NCBI GenBank assembly: GCA_977030845.1
Contig: OZ365114.1
Span: forward strand, 15,376,001 to 15,440,000
Length of the DNA: 64,000 nucleotides
Origin: Fimbriosthenelais zetlandica
Lineage: Eukaryota
Reading direction: 5' to 3'
In this document: positions 1 through 14,449 of the stretch, one piece after another
How the letters are laid out: each line of letters begins with the position of its first letter
Numbering within the stretch: the first letter of the stretch is position 1
Program-made: the position numbers and the translations under genes
Notes under the pieces: generated by a model
Told to the model about the DNA's origin: nothing
The model's input: the letters and a program-made list of their open reading frames with translations, nothing else
Databases searched by the model: none

Positions 1-214
1 GTCAGACTCCCTAAATCTGGATATATGGGCCATCTGCTGTAGTGTTAGCCAAATTTGGGAGAGATAGCCTGGGCAGAATGGTGTGGAAGGAAATCACCCC
101 AGATGTAGGGTTTGTGCTTATGCTATCAAATATATGTGGTATTTGTATATAGGGGGAACAGCTTGTGACTGCTTCCAGCATTTTAATTGGATATAGACCA
201 GAGATCATTGCCTG

Positions 215-238
215 GTGATTCTTGCAGTGATTCTTGCA
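215..238. repeat. Perfect 12-bp tandem duplication (GTGATTCTTGCA)x2
   Basis: Read directly from the sequence. Confidence 0.9.
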
Positions 239-2189
239 ATTGGAGCTTGTCTACAAGACCAAAGGATAAGGTATAAAACCAGTGAAGAACATAACTGTGA
301 CTGCGCACTTGGTGCTAATTTCCCCTCTAAGACCACTAGGCCTTGGTGGTATCCAATGGCAATGATAATAGGAGCGGGTGAGACCAGACTTTGATCTGTG
401 TTACTGTAGAGGAGGATCTTTGGATCCCCTCTCTCTGATATCCAACTAACACCTTCAACAGTTTCTTCAGGGCCTCCTGCTGGTAGCGCTTCTGTTACAG
501 CTGAGTCTACTGCTGGTTGTTGACAAAACCTCCTTAAGGCAAACTCCTAGGGACATAAAGAAAACCTTTTTCTTCTCTTTATCACTCTTGTTTCTTTTTG
601 TTCTTTTCTATTCGCTACCACCGACCGACCCACCTATCCCTTCTTGCAAACTGGTATTGTAGATGATACTGATTCTCCAAGTACTCATATTGTTCCCTCA
701 ATCTCCAATTGCCGTGGAGGTATACGGTTTCCAATTGATGTCAATTAATTTGTTTTCCTGATGCCTTCTGCTTGGCGTTATGGAATAACCTTATTGGACA
801 GCGGCAAAAAAAATGATGACACCGCTTTCTCAATTTTCGAAGCAGATGGTGGTTATATTTGACAATTCTTGCTTATGATGCTTAACATCACAGTTATTGA
901 AACAGTGACAGAGAACTCTTATAACAATCGATATTTTATCTATTCTCTTCCAGTAGGCACTTTCTCTAACTAGACGCATGAATCATTTTGCTGACTTAAG
1001 CCATATTCCATTAATACAGTCCCTCTGGAGATATTCGAGACCACTACAACATTAAGCAAGTTAATCCAGAAAGCTTAAAATCAGCACTCTTCACTATGAT
1101 CGGCATTCATGCAATTTGAGACTAAGAGTCCTACCGGGCTGAAATACAATGAGATTGGAGAAGTGGAACTAGCAGGACAGAGTGTATCTTGGAATGTATT
1201 TAGTATGAATCTTTTCATCCTTCCCTCTGCCTTGTAAACTATTCATTGACAATAGCTATATACACAGAGAAGCGGAGTCATGGAGATGATAATGAATTGC
1301 TTTAAAAAAGAAGAACATCATTTATTGCTCGACTCCGATGCAAACGGTCCTGTTCTGCAGAAGATTATTTGAACTGAAATATAACCACCATATTGGAAAG
1401 GCTTTTAAATTCCTGAAGGTGCTCGAGTGATTTCATTCAGTGAAACGATTTGAAAGCAATACGCAATTTCTAAACTGGATCTTGGAGACCAGGTTAAAAA
1501 TTGAAGACAAACATTCGTCGAGTTAAGCATCCATAATTCAGCTTATAATATATTCCGCGTTAAGTATGTATCAGTTCAGTATGAGTAACCGAACCAGACA
1601 CTATGAAATTGCGCTTGTTGATGCAATCCATATTTATCATCGACAATGTATTCGGGGTATATTTTTAAAGACGACGTCCTTTGAGATGGATGATAATTAT
1701 CTAATCACTTCTTGAAGATCCCCATCTCCCACAGCTATCATTCTTCCTTCCATGGCCTGCCGGTTATTACAGCGGATGAGAATGAATCACCGGTGAATGG
1801 GACTCCGCTACTCATTTTTGTTTGTGTGAACTACAAGGTTGATTAGACTTTTAGTTTTTTTAAAGACCTTATGATGAAACATGGGTTTGGGTTTGTGGTT
1901 GGGCATTGGGGAGTGCTATTAGGTTCCCTGGTGGTTTTGAAACGGATATGCCGCTTCATTAATGAAAGGGATCGATTTGGATAATTGTGCCAAATAATGA
2001 TAATGGTGCCTATATTAGTATACGACGTGCTGAATTACTTGAGCATTGGTCTATTGCTTCGTTACCCATCTTACGACCAGAGCTAGCCTGCCTATATGTG
2101 GATGACTATATAAACCAAGTGTTATACGATTATTGCAAGAAAGGTCACGTCTTCTGCCTGGTCCCAGCTGTTAACCACCGCTATTGGCG

Positions 2190-2525
2190 ATGTTAACAGG
2201 AGAAAAAAAACTAGTCCCAAACTTACATAGCAGCTAATGGAACTAAAAGATGTAGTAATTGCACCTCTCACCAACCGTAAAATATTAATATCACAAATTA
2301 TACTGTCAGGAAAGTGAAGAGAGGCATCACCAACGCAAATCTCTGAAAAGCTATAGTCATAATAAACCAAACATATTTGACATAATAACATACTTAAGCC
2401 TAGTTTCAATGAAAGGCAGTAGTTTACACATCACAGATAAATTTAGCTCACGGAATTAATTGAAGGGATTACCCAAAGAAAGGATTAGAGAAAAAGTAGA
2501 TTGGATTATCTTAGACCTAAGAGTG
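2190..2525 (+). mobile_element. Decayed CR1/L2-type LINE ORF2 (N-terminal RT region)
   Basis: Colinear translation with stops and a frameshift: LMELKDVVIAPLT..SGK*REASPTQISEK, TKHI*HNNILKPS, LTELIEGITQRKD, KVDWIILDL. Matches the CR1 pattern LKELADVIAEPL..GKVP.DWREANVTPIFKK / KHL..NN+L..SQHGF / LLEF.E.IT..LD / VDVIYLDF. Confidence 0.6.
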
Positions 2526-5500
2526 ATCCCTCGTTGCCTTGGCTTATCACACCGTTTCTCCATTACCCGCACAGTTTCTTTGCTTGTGTCATTATTAATT
2601 CATTGCAAGAACCTAAAACAAACAGGAATTATGGCTCAAGGTAGTCACAATATGCTCCAATAAGACATTTCCTCCTCGCCTTCTACGCTTTTGAGCAGCT
2701 TACCTACCCTATTTCCCTATTCTATCCTCCTTTGCTCTTTTCCCACACATCTTTCACTCCTTACCGCCATTATCTCCAACATACTTTTATCCCAGGTATT
2801 GGTTTTTCCTTGTACTATCTTTTTTCCCAGCGTCTCTTCCGCCTTTGTCCTATGGGTATATAGCCTAGGTCTGTCACTCGCACAGTCATGTGTCCTATCT
2901 TACCCCATTAGTACACGCCATTTAGATTTTAAAATTTGAAAATGGATGAGGTGACATTTTTTAGGACGTGTGACAATGCACAAAATGTGCATCTGTCTTT
3001 CATCTTAATTGTCCTACTATGACTAGGATTGGATGGTAGTTAGAAAAGGAAAATGCTTGAAAATCTGCCCCATTTAGACCACCTTAGTGCATTAGTCCAA
3101 CTTAGTGCATTATAATGTCAAAATAAAGTCTGCAAAGATGATCATTTAAGTAAAATTGTTTTTGATAGACAGACAGTTTGAAACATTGTTATTCAGTTTG
3201 GGTTTTAGAGCGTGACATTTTAGAGTTCTGTAGTGAACATGTAACAACTATATAAGAAAAGATCCATCATGTCAGTTAAATATTATCTGAATGGTCATAC
3301 AATATTATAATCAAGGCCACATGTGGACGCTGCTTCATCCCTCTATCCACCTCATACTCCTACCATTCCTTATACAGCTCCCCCACAACTGGTGTATAAG
3401 CCCCTTCCAAAGGTATGCAAATACCTTGCAACTTTGGTTTTGCAAATGTTTGCAATAATTCACCTGCTTTAAGAGCGTTGCCGACCTTCACATCCAATAT
3501 CACGATTTTCGCTCCTCACAAGGGCCTAATATAAAGCCTCCTCTACTCTGGAGATATATTTTGCAAAGAAATTGCGAACATATCCGCCGTCGCTGGGTAT
3601 TGGCATTTATGAGCAATTTGCACATAGTGGAGGCGCCCTATTATTATGCAGAATCATGAAAGAAGCTCATGCAGCTGTGAGTGAAGGGCAGGGGATATTT
3701 CACTCCCGTGGCGCCACGGTGATATAATCTGGGATATCGTCATTCAATGTCTTCAACAGGTTTTAATCACAGCTTCTTAATTAGTCTTTCAAAGTACTTT
3801 TTCTCACCACGGTCCATTCATCCTTAAAACCGCTTGGCTTTAGCCTTGAGAAACGCCAGGAGGAAACTGTAATAAAAGGAAAATAGGTTTAAAATCTTCA
3901 TTAAAACCAGTTCCTGTTGTATTCATCCTTTGCTTTAAACCACTGAATTCATCTTAGGCTTAGGCCATGCGTTTCTTTTAAGAACCTCAAGTTGCTGGGG
4001 TTAATGGATTGTGTTTGTTGAGCAGCTTTGAGGGTATTTCCTGTCAAGACTATAGTAATTATGTGACATGCAAACATCTTTTAAAGTAAATAACAAATGT
4101 GGTTGGAAATTGATTCCGGAAGGAAGATGACAAGGAATATGACTACTGTTCCTTGAACCTATGATGAGGGTGGTGATGATAGATGTGAACATTAAGCAAA
4201 CAAATATGTGATGTTAAATAGAGAAAGGCCCTGTTATAGAAAGAGAACACCAATTATAGCCGCATTGAGTTACTTTGTGTGCGTTTAAATTGCTTATTTG
4301 TCTTGTAACCTTGTCGTAACAATTACTTATGTATGGACAATCAATCATTCAGAGAAAAGATCTAGGTTATAAAATAGCATCACAAATAGTATGGTACAAG
4401 TTATTGTGTAGAGCAAAGTGTTGAATACGCTTATGAATGATCCAGCTTGACAAGATAAAATGTCGATGGGAATTTTAGAGCAATAGTGCCATACTTTATG
4501 TTGCTCGGCCAAACAACTAAACAGTGTAGTCAGATGCATCCAGAAGAGAAGATGACAGGCCTCTCCCTTCAACGGTCCCTGAGGCTGAAGATCCCAACCT
4601 GAGCATCACGTCCACCAGCTCATAGACACTAAATACAACATACACACAATGCAGGCAGACGCCAAGTACCGACTCAATGAGGCTTGTCATGCAACTTGTG
4701 AATACTGACAAACTTATACCTCTCTAACTGATTCTGTGGTTAGTTTAGTTTTGGTGAAGGCTTTTTATTCACCTTTACTTAAAACATGGAATGTACAGCT
4801 TTATTTTGCCTTCATTGATTTATAAACACAAAATAAACGCACACAAAAAAGCTTTCCATCGTCCTTCAACCTGCACCCTTCTTTCAATTATTGATCATTG
4901 ATTTCAACAATCAATTGAGTGGGTATGTGGGAGTATTACTCCCTGGGAGGTTGAAGTAAAGAATCCACAGCTTAGCAAGCTTGGCTGCGCAGATAGATAT
5001 CTTGAACACTTGAGAATGTGTTGGTATATATTTCTAATCTGCGACAGGGATCACAGAATATCTTCTCAAATCAGACTTAAGCCACTTTGACGGATTTTTA
5101 GTACCCAACTATATGTCTAAATAATCGAGTTACGCTATTAATTGATACAATTGACCAGCTAGATTGTAGCCTTTTTAATACGGTTTTGACACATAACACT
5201 GAGTCCATAAAGCAGCCTGGAGAACTTTCCACTTCTCTACTTTGTTTTCAAATTCATTAATTCATCCTAAAAACTTTAAACGTTCCTCACACCAAGCAAT
5301 TCCAATCACCTCACTCACAACAAGCATGTTTCCTCTTGGTTAATTTCGTAGAGAAAAATTCTGAAGAATTGACAATTAGCAAGCCTTAAATCCTGTTACA
5401 CCATTTTATAATAAAGATCAGAGCAGGTCCGGGGATTGTAATTATTCAGCAAACAGAAACAAATAAAAAATATTAAGACACCAAAGATTCCCCATCCGCA

Positions 5501-7289
5501 GATGAATCTTACGTGATACAGAAGAGTGGCGTGATCTGTTAGGATGGGGGTTGGGCGTCGGGACAAAGTGTTTGTGTGATGGAGAAGGGAGATGAAATTT
5601 GGGGGTTGGGAACGTGTGGGGGTCAGCCTTTTCTCCCACCTTTTCATCCTGTTTTATGTGACATAATCCAGCCTCCTTGATCAGGTTGCCTGCCTTTGAA
5701 GGCGGATCTTTTCAGGCAGTCAGCTGTAGCAGGGACCGGCTCTCGGACCCACTCCACCCGTGGATAGCTCATTAAGGGGAATTGTATTTGAGAAGGCCTT
5801 CAGCCATTGTGATGATTTAACACGCCTCTGATTATTAACAAGATAATAAAAATCTCACAGCCGCACTACGGTGGATCTTGTTATAGTTGAGCGAGTGTTT
5901 TGGTACGGACCACTTCACCAGCTCCTTTCATCAACTAAGCCTCTTCTCCATTCCCAAAATCCTACATATTATCCCGAGTATTAAAATTGTATTGTGTTAA
6001 ATCTCTGAATAAACAAATATTTATAGTCTAGAACGATCATCTTTGCTGCTGGTTTGTGTTTTCTAGCAATCTTTCACCTGGGAGATCACCTGGATCCCGA
6101 TATCCGCTCTTGAAGCTCTCACTTCATATAGGAGTGTAATATATTACGCGCTAACTTTTCTTATAATTTCATTAAAGCAGGGATTCTAATAAGTGGAGAC
6201 ACCTTAATTAATTGACTCCCGGCCTGTCTGGGGTGTTCTGATGAACAGGGTAATCTATCTGATTATACAGAGCGAGAGATAAAGGCGCCTATACAGCAGA
6301 ACATTCTATATGGGCCTCAGGGGATGCAATCCCCCTCTCACTATATAGGAACGAAGCTCTCTTTTTGAGAGAAAGAAACATATATTATAATATAACTTCT
6401 TTAAGACACTAAATTAATTCAATCACCACAATATTCATTATCATATGCAAGACAGTCTACCTTATTATTAATAAGATAACATTCGGTCAGGGCCATCTAT
6501 AAATCCTGAGCAAAAGGACTTCCTGATTTTTAAACTATTCTGGCAGATACCGTTTTTGCCATCCGTCATGAATGGAGATATTGCCCCAACATTTACTGAG
6601 GATAAACAGTTTTGCAACCAAGCATTATCATTTATCTCTTTTCACTTAACTATAACGCTGCTGACTTTTAGAATGAGATGAATTAACTATAGGGAGACAA
6701 AAGCGACAAAACAGCATTGTTCTCAAAACTGCTTCTTTGTACTATCATTTGCCTAGCTTACGCAGTATTGTGTGACTACATAAATGTGAAATTATTATCA
6801 TTTTGTCCCCATAGTCTGTATCATAACTTGAAGCAAATCAACGTTTCTCAATATTAAATACCCTGGCAAAAAGTACATTGCACTGCATTGACATCAACGG
6901 TTCAATCAGTCCATGAAAGTAGTTGGTCCTGACCTAAAAACATCTCCCATTTCAATATCTGTCTTGGGTCATGTAAAAATGGCCGCTTAATACGTTGTCC
7001 GACAATAAATTTCAGATTGAAATGCAAAATGAAAAAAAAACAGATTTCATCAATACTTGTACTTTTTAATCTATAGTAAATCATCCATTTGTCAAAGTGA
7101 TCTGGATTAATTTCTGTATCTTTAATCTCTCAACTACCCCTTTTTCGCGGATAACCTATATATATTTTATACATGCATCTGATTTCAATATATCAAGCTG
7201 TCCACTTTATTCATAGAGCATATAAATATCATAGACTGTACATGTATATGTTTTCCAGTAGCCATGTAGTGTAAGACCAAGTGTTATAA

Positions 7290-7535
7290 GGGCCTCTCTA
7301 AGATAAATTAAATTTCCAGGTAATGTCTCTTACTTTTCTCCGAGATCTATAGCAATGCTATTAGGTGCTATCCCATTACCGTCCTTAGTCAATACGGGAA
7401 CTTTAGAGATGGTTTCTTTTCCTTTTTCTGGATGGAAATTGTTTTAAGTAGGTGGTCATTTTATCTAGTATCCGGACTAATCTATAACAACTTGAGGTTG
7501 CATCCAGTTATTGACTTTTGATATCAACTTAAGCT
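7290..7535 (-). mobile_element. Possible decayed L2/CR1 RT C-terminal fragment
   Basis: LKLISKVNNWM...NNFHPEK...LTKDGNGIAPNSIAIDLG resembles I..WM..N.L.LNP.KT...L.I.G..I.PS..AR.LG. Several stops. Confidence 0.3.
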
Positions 7536-7906
7536 GTTTATTTTATGTTTTTACCTTTTCTGGGTGTGCTAGGATGTGCAAGGGTGAGTGCAACATATGA
7601 AGACAGAGAGCTAGGGGTAAAGATATAGATAGAGATAGCGCAAGAGAGCTAGCAAGCTAGCGCGTGAGAGAGACAGATCAATATTCACATGTGGGAGCTA
7701 AGTCATCCTCGGAGCATTTGTTTTGATGTACGATAAGGCAAGTCTTCCCTGACAGCATCCATTATCGCATCAGACTAACAGATAGAGAAGGAGAGAGAAA
7801 TACAGGGAAAGAGAGAGAAAGGGGAAGAGTGACAGAGCGGTAGAGGGGGTTTGGAGAGGGAGAGAACCAGATACAATGAGCGAGAGATGATCGAGAGGGA
7901 AAGAGT

Positions 7907-7910
<4 letters not shown>

Positions 7911-7964
<54 letters not shown>
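7911..7964. repeat. (GA)27 microsatellite inside a purine-rich low-complexity tract (about 7785-7990)
   Basis: Read directly. It produces the SLSLSL ORFs in the track. Confidence 0.98.
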
Positions 7965-7967
<3 letters not shown>

Positions 7968-10900
7968 AGTGCAGAAGCAAGCGAGGAAAGCATTGTGAGA
8001 GAGGATAAGTTAGGGGATATAATCTGCCATTTATCATATTTCAATCTAGATGCAATAACATTGCCTCTCTGCAATCTACGTCGTACATTTCTTCGTCTGG
8101 ATTGAATCCAAACTATCCAATTGCGACATCGCTTTGTACTTTGTTCTTTATGGTTTAATGACTTTGTTGTAGGGAAATTCATAAATATATTATTCATAAC
8201 TTACCGTTATAGTCTGCAGAAGTCGTAAAATATCATTGTTCCAAATATAAAGCTTATAGATACCGGAATCAGCCCGGAGGTTAGGGCTATTTTAGATATT
8301 TGTTACGCAGCAAGTCAGGTCATATATACCCCCCACAAGGTCATCCCCTATACATACAGACCATTTACCATCAACTACCCGACACATAACTCAAGCTGAC
8401 ATTGTGATGAACCCAGTACCCAACACAATAGGATCATGTTATTTTCATAACAAAGTAGCGTTACATTAGTGTATGATGAATATATGGAAAAACGTAACCT
8501 AACTTCCGTCTGAAGCCCCAGATATAACCAGGAAATATGAAACAGCCACAGGGAGCTTTTTTGGTTAAAAAGCCTACAAAACAACCGCAACAAAGCAAAC
8601 AAAATCCTTTTATTCAAGGTGTATGCATTTTCCCATTAGGGCCTATGCTTTCAGTTAATGTATTAGCCTAGTATATAGCCTTTTAGAGCAGAAGAGCAGT
8701 GATCGTGTTGCCAACACGTTATATATTCATATGCTATACCAAATAAACAGGATGTCTTTCTAGTTTGCTCTTCGGTCAATAAGGAGCAAGGCGCCTAGAG
8801 AAAATGCATTTTTATAAGTATTCACACGAAGCTCCATACTCGGGTGATACAAGATTTAAAATAAATGACACTGATGAAGGGAAAGTGATTTTTTATCAAT
8901 TTTTGAGTATCCACATATGGCTCTATGGTTGTCTCTCATCCCAGATTCTAGAGTGGGAGTGGAAACACCTGCTGAGCTTATAGCATTTTGTCTCTATTGC
9001 TGCATGGTAATATGTATATATGAAGGGCCCTTTCAGATCAGTAACGCTTCAAGATAGATATGGTGGAGACTGAACTATGAATGAAACCATCTTCACCACA
9101 GAAACCACAGCTTGATATATATATACAGTACATCATTCACAATAGGCTTATACTGAGATTGAACAGATAATGGGAACAATGATAAGCTCTCATGGTATTC
9201 AATATTATATTACCTTGATATTTTTACTTTTTTTAAGGTTTAGTTCTTTGTCTCCCTCTACCATTTTGTCAATGCCCTTATGCTTTCGGGGTAAGAGGAC
9301 CAAATCCATTGAGTCAGGTACGGAGCATTGTGGAACCTTTGTAGCCTATGATACAAATGGATAATTCTGCCACGAAAGCCCATGCATCCACAAGAGAATG
9401 AAGGTGTTTTCACATGCTTCATTCCTCAAAGTTCCATGAGAGTTTTTCCAATGACGAGTTTAGTTCTAGGAGCATTGGAAGCGATTATTATTGTTTGGGC
9501 CTTACTGCAATTTGTGTTTTTAGGATCTTATTAGTTTTCTATATGGACGTGACCTTGTGGAGCTGCTCTGCTCCACCCCCTCATCTGGGTTATATGACAA
9601 TGGTTGTCCCCTCCATTGTGTCCATGATTGTCACACTGAATATAGAGGATGTTATCTGTCAAGGTCACATCATTTACCTCCTCTTTTTTTCTTCCTTCTT
9701 CCTGCTCCATATATCTGACGCTGGTGTTAGCTGGGGTATGTCGGACCCATCTTAATTTCCGCCCGAGCTTAGTCTGATCTTGCAACCATTAGACTTCCGC
9801 CCCAGTGGCAAACCACCGTCCCGAGGCTGCCGGCAATGGATGCTGACCTTTACCGGTCCACAGATGCTTTCAGGTGAACGCGTAAGATCGATCATCCCAC
9901 CGGCACTTTTTTTTGCGTCCCTGACACTTCCAAAACTGAAAAACATCAATGTAGGCATGGTGTATATATAAAGTGAAGATGATGCATTGCCATACTTTCC
10001 CACCACATCACTCATGCCACTCTTTATAAGCTGGCTAAAATATAACCAGGGGCTGTGTGGCTGATGCAGACTTGCTCTCCCAGATTTACACAATTTCTCC
10101 ATTTACAAGGATGTCTCTATTTGTCTAGGACATCCCGATTTGTCATTGTGATCATTATAGCTGTCACTGTCACGTGGCATTACATGGGTAATACGTTTGC
10201 AACGAGCCCTCATAATTATATGGAGGGAAGATGGGTATAACATAGAGGATCAATGCTATAAAACACTGTATAATTATATTGGACATTATTCCTTGCCCCA
10301 TTTATTCTCATTATTCCGTCTGGCAGCTTATCATTCCAGAGATGTCTATAGTAGTTTTTATTAGTCAATTAAGTAGATGTGTCGTGGAGACTGATGTCGG
10401 CCTACGCAGGCTGGTTCTCACGTTGGACTGATGCCTTATTATGCATGGCTTCCATGTCTTTGTCATCAAACTTTACTGTAATTATCAATAATTCACAAGG
10501 TTTATCGATATATAATTGAAAAGAGGTGAATGGACTTTGTTTATTCAAACCTAAACCTTGGGGACATATAAGTTGACTTCAACTAATGTCTCCGGCTAAA
10601 TTCTGTTCATAACATAACTCTGTGATAATATATGCAAATTAGAACTTTATTCATCTAATGGACTAATTTGTGAATCTCTTAAATCATTCCCAAACTGATT
10701 TACTTGCTTGTCGTAGCAGTGTTTTCCAATACTACACAAGAGTTTATGTTCTTACTTAATATTGTAATTCTCTGCGATGCTGCAACGGTTTACCATAATC
10801 CCGAAGTGACTATTGTTGACTGTCTTAAATGGAATCCCCGATGAATCTTAATACATTAATTAGCAACCCTTATTTCACTTCGCCTCCAAGTCTTCATGAA

Positions 10901-11064
10901 TTTTAATGAGCTCAGAATTGATAGTCCTAGCTTGGATCAATTTGCACTATATTTTAATGAAGTCAAGGGACTACTTGGCTCGGTATAATGCGATTTTGTA
11001 TATATTTTTTTAAAGGATAATCCAATGTTCTGGCTACGTAATATCTCCTGAGCTCAAGTCATAG

Positions 11065-11470
11065 GCAGAAATATGTTATTGATGGGTTTACAATAAGTGG
11101 GAGGGGGAAGTATTGAAATCTTGATGGATAATGTACTTAACTTCCTTGGATCATTTGGATCTACCCTGTACATAATGCATATAGCATACAAGACTTGTTC
11201 ATATATCTTGGAGAATACGTCTTCTATACATTCAATCTTTCATGAATCAGATTTCCTTATCAATGTATATGATAATTGTGATTCATAACCTCTGTGATTT
11301 CTGACTTGCGTACACTCTTATAGCCTCCTTCCAGTGCTTATACTTTTTCCACATGAAGAAGCCACTTGGGAAAACAATTAGTATTCCCGAGCGTAGAGAC
11401 TGAACAAAAAGTGGCTGTGGTTGTTGAGTTGTATCGTAATGTTACTTTACTGTCCTTTACCAATTAATCA
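11065..11470 (+). mobile_element. Decayed CR1/L2-type LINE APE endonuclease fragment
   Basis: YVIDGFT / GGGSIEILMDNV / LYIMHIAYKT / SDFLINVYDNCD / KQLVFPS / LSFTN, in the expected order of I.GY..R.DR..GGGV.+Y / IG.+YRPP / II.GDFN.D / QL+..PTR / +FTN. Confidence 0.5.
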
Positions 11471-14449
11471 CCAGTCTGTGTAGAAGGATGCCATGTTGAG
11501 ATCGATGGCTGGCCAGGTCCTAGGATCAGCTTGGCAATTGCTCGCGGCTATCTTAACCACACCGATCACGCTCCCGCCTGTGATGGATAGGTTCAATCTA
11601 AATTTTCCTGGGCCTGTTGTTCCCCTTACCTATGTCCCATCACTCATATACTGCCTATTTCATAGCCACCTCTTGTTTTATGAGTGCAGTGACCGAATGT
11701 GCTTCTCAAGTGCTGCTAAGTATGTGCGTTGTCACAGCTGATGAACTCTTCTATTAGACCTACTTCATATATTGCCGGGCTCATATTGAGAAAGCCAGAC
11801 ACCACTCTTAAAATTGCCTTTGGGTTGACATCTTAGATGGTCATGGTTAAATTGTGCTTTCACCATCAAAATATGGCAAGGCATGCTTCATTGGTGTTTT
11901 GTCTGAAAGGTTAAAAGATGTTAGCTGCAGCAGGATGGCAATATATTTGCCATTGACAGAGCAGACCACAACAATTTCCCAACAATGTGTATATGAACGT
12001 GGCTGATACTCAACTTTATTGGGCTTCAGTTTGTAAGCATGATGTGATGAAGCGAGCTGCACTGCACTCACCAGACTCTATATATCTCATAAGTTATATA
12101 CTGTCAAATGAATTTCCATGATATAAGCAACGCTGAATGAATTCATTATTGCCCAGAGCTTATGAGATATGGTTTACAATTTCCTGCAGAAATACACTGA
12201 CACTATATGAATATGAAAGAATAGTATATATTCTACGAAAGCATCTCTGCTCATACTATGACGTTTTATTTTTCTCACAGATTGCCCTGCTTCAGATGCT
12301 TTCATTCTTAATAAAAATAATTCACCTCTGATAGAAGCTTGTGTGGAAATGTTTGTACAAAGTATTAAAATCTGATATAGCTCACTGCGACATACTATAA
12401 TGGACTAAAGCTAGCTTTTTAGCATAAATTCAATACATGTAGAGTGCATTAGCGTCGTACCTATTGATAAGTAAATTCATGGAAGATGGCCTGCCAGGAA
12501 TTGATGCAGAAGATTGATGGTGAAATTAATTTTTTAGAATGATGCTGAGGCATCCAAATCCAGCCATGAGTAATGAGAGTGTTCACACCAAGTGCCCGAG
12601 GAATTAGTCCTGGCTTGTTTTGGCCGAGACAAGTGGATGTACACAGTCATGACTGCCAGTACATGCGGGGCTTTCAGGCCAGCTTATAACTTATGCAGGC
12701 AGAGCTGAGGTAGGACAGAGATAAAGGAGTGGGAGCAGTTCCACATATAGTCCCCGGTCTCCTGTCCCCGAACTCCATCACATAGACGGATGGTTGGTAC
12801 AGCTATTATGTGGTGATTCTAGTGTCAATGCCCTGCAGGCACCAAGCTGAAGGCTTCACCAGTGAGGCAACTGAGAGGATGTGGGATGAGGAAGGGGAAA
12901 AGTTCCGACAACATATCTAATTATAGAGGGTCTTAACTCAGAGGTAAGACTCAGAGATAGAGAAAGGAATTGTTCAAAAATAAATAGGGATTTGGGAACA
13001 AACTGCCATCCTGAGATAATATTATTGTGGACAGTATGATTATGTAGTGGGGAAATGACAAGCATAATGGTATCAATATCAGGAAGAATAGTCTTCTCAG
13101 GAAGAAGTTTGTTTTTCTCAGCAGTCTCCTAGCAACTCCTTAAAGAGTCTTCTTTACAAACATTCGCTAGGATGCTTCTGTAAGTGGCAAGATGGGCATC
13201 AGCCATGGAAATGGTATTTATAGGGTTAAGCAAGCAGCCGACTCCCTCTGTCTCCACGCTAACTCTCTTTCTGCTCTACCAGAGCCATACCATGCAAGCC
13301 AGAGGTCATGGCTGCACTTTGATGTAAGCCTCCTTCCTACTGGGAATTTAATCTGGGGATATTGCCCTGGTGTATGCGGAGATAACCTCTGTGATTATAA
13401 TTCCAGGCCTAAACCTACTCATGCGCTACAAGAAAAGGAGGCAAGTACGCTGGCGAGCATGTGGGGCGGATGTAATGAATTGGTTTCGGAAATGCCCTTT
13501 TTGTCCCTGCTACAAAACGGCAATTACTTTCTCATCAAAAACAGGGAAAAAAGACATGGCCCGGAGAGCAGTCCTAGGTGGCATCTGCTTTTTAAATGTG
13601 AGAAATCAATTTGAAGCTGTCGTCAATTATTTGAGTTTAGAAATGGCTGGACGGTATGGTATGCCTGCCAATATAAAAATATCATTTACCAACAGGGATC
13701 CGTCTTATCATCATAGCTTCTCTTGGCGCTTTTTTTCATCAGTTTGAAGGGTGAGACGAGTGTCTGGTAGAGGGGAGTGTCTGAAGTACAAGCTGCTGCT
13801 TGCGTTCTGCTCTCTTCGTGGGAGTTGCTCATTAGGCTGGCGACAGTCTGAGCATGAGGTGTCCAGGGTCTAAGCAATGGCTGGCTGTTGGCCCAAGCAA
13901 AGTGGGAGTGAGAAATAGAGAGAGCGCGCGCGAGAGAGAGAGGGAGAGAGAGAGGACCCTCTGCTCCTCCTTCTTCTCCACCTCTCCGATACTCTCCTCC
14001 TAATTCATTTATGAAGTTGGTGAAGCGTGAGAGGAGAGTTTTGAAGGACATTGATGAGGGTGTGTGCCCAATCTCCGGCCTAATGGGCCTGCGGAGGGCC
14101 AGCTCGGGCAGGGACCCGGGCACCTGTTTGGGTGGCAGGGTGAGGTTGGGAGGTGAGAAGGAGGAGCACACAAAGAGGAAGGTCACAATTCAATAAAGCC
14201 TCTATCCTCTCCTTGCTACTTTGATTGATCACAGATGCTGAATCCTTGCCAGACGCTGGTTTGGTGTGGTGGATCCTTCCCAACTCATTATCACATTTCC
14301 CGCCATATAGCTGCCAGCCCCAATATATGGACACCTCCAGACATTGATAAGAGTTTAATATATAGGCCTACGATGCCCGGCATAGAGAACACACGCTATA
14401 GGATAGACTGCTATATGGTTGGTTCATGCTCTATCTATATACTCACTCT

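Noticed and set aside
1-300. Minus-strand YIWGDF..HH resembling an APE endonuclease GDFN motif
   Set aside because: Single weak motif among many stops.
1987-2196. ORF containing LYVDD, like an RT catalytic motif
   Set aside because: No other RT motifs in the right order or spacing, so a 5-residue match is probably chance.
7762-8197. 91-aa and 140-aa ORFs
   Set aside because: Artefacts of the (GA)n / purine tract, which lacks stop codons.
13686-14186. 166-aa ORF as a host gene
   Set aside because: No recognisable domain. It is open in several overlapping frames because of GC-rich, low-complexity composition.
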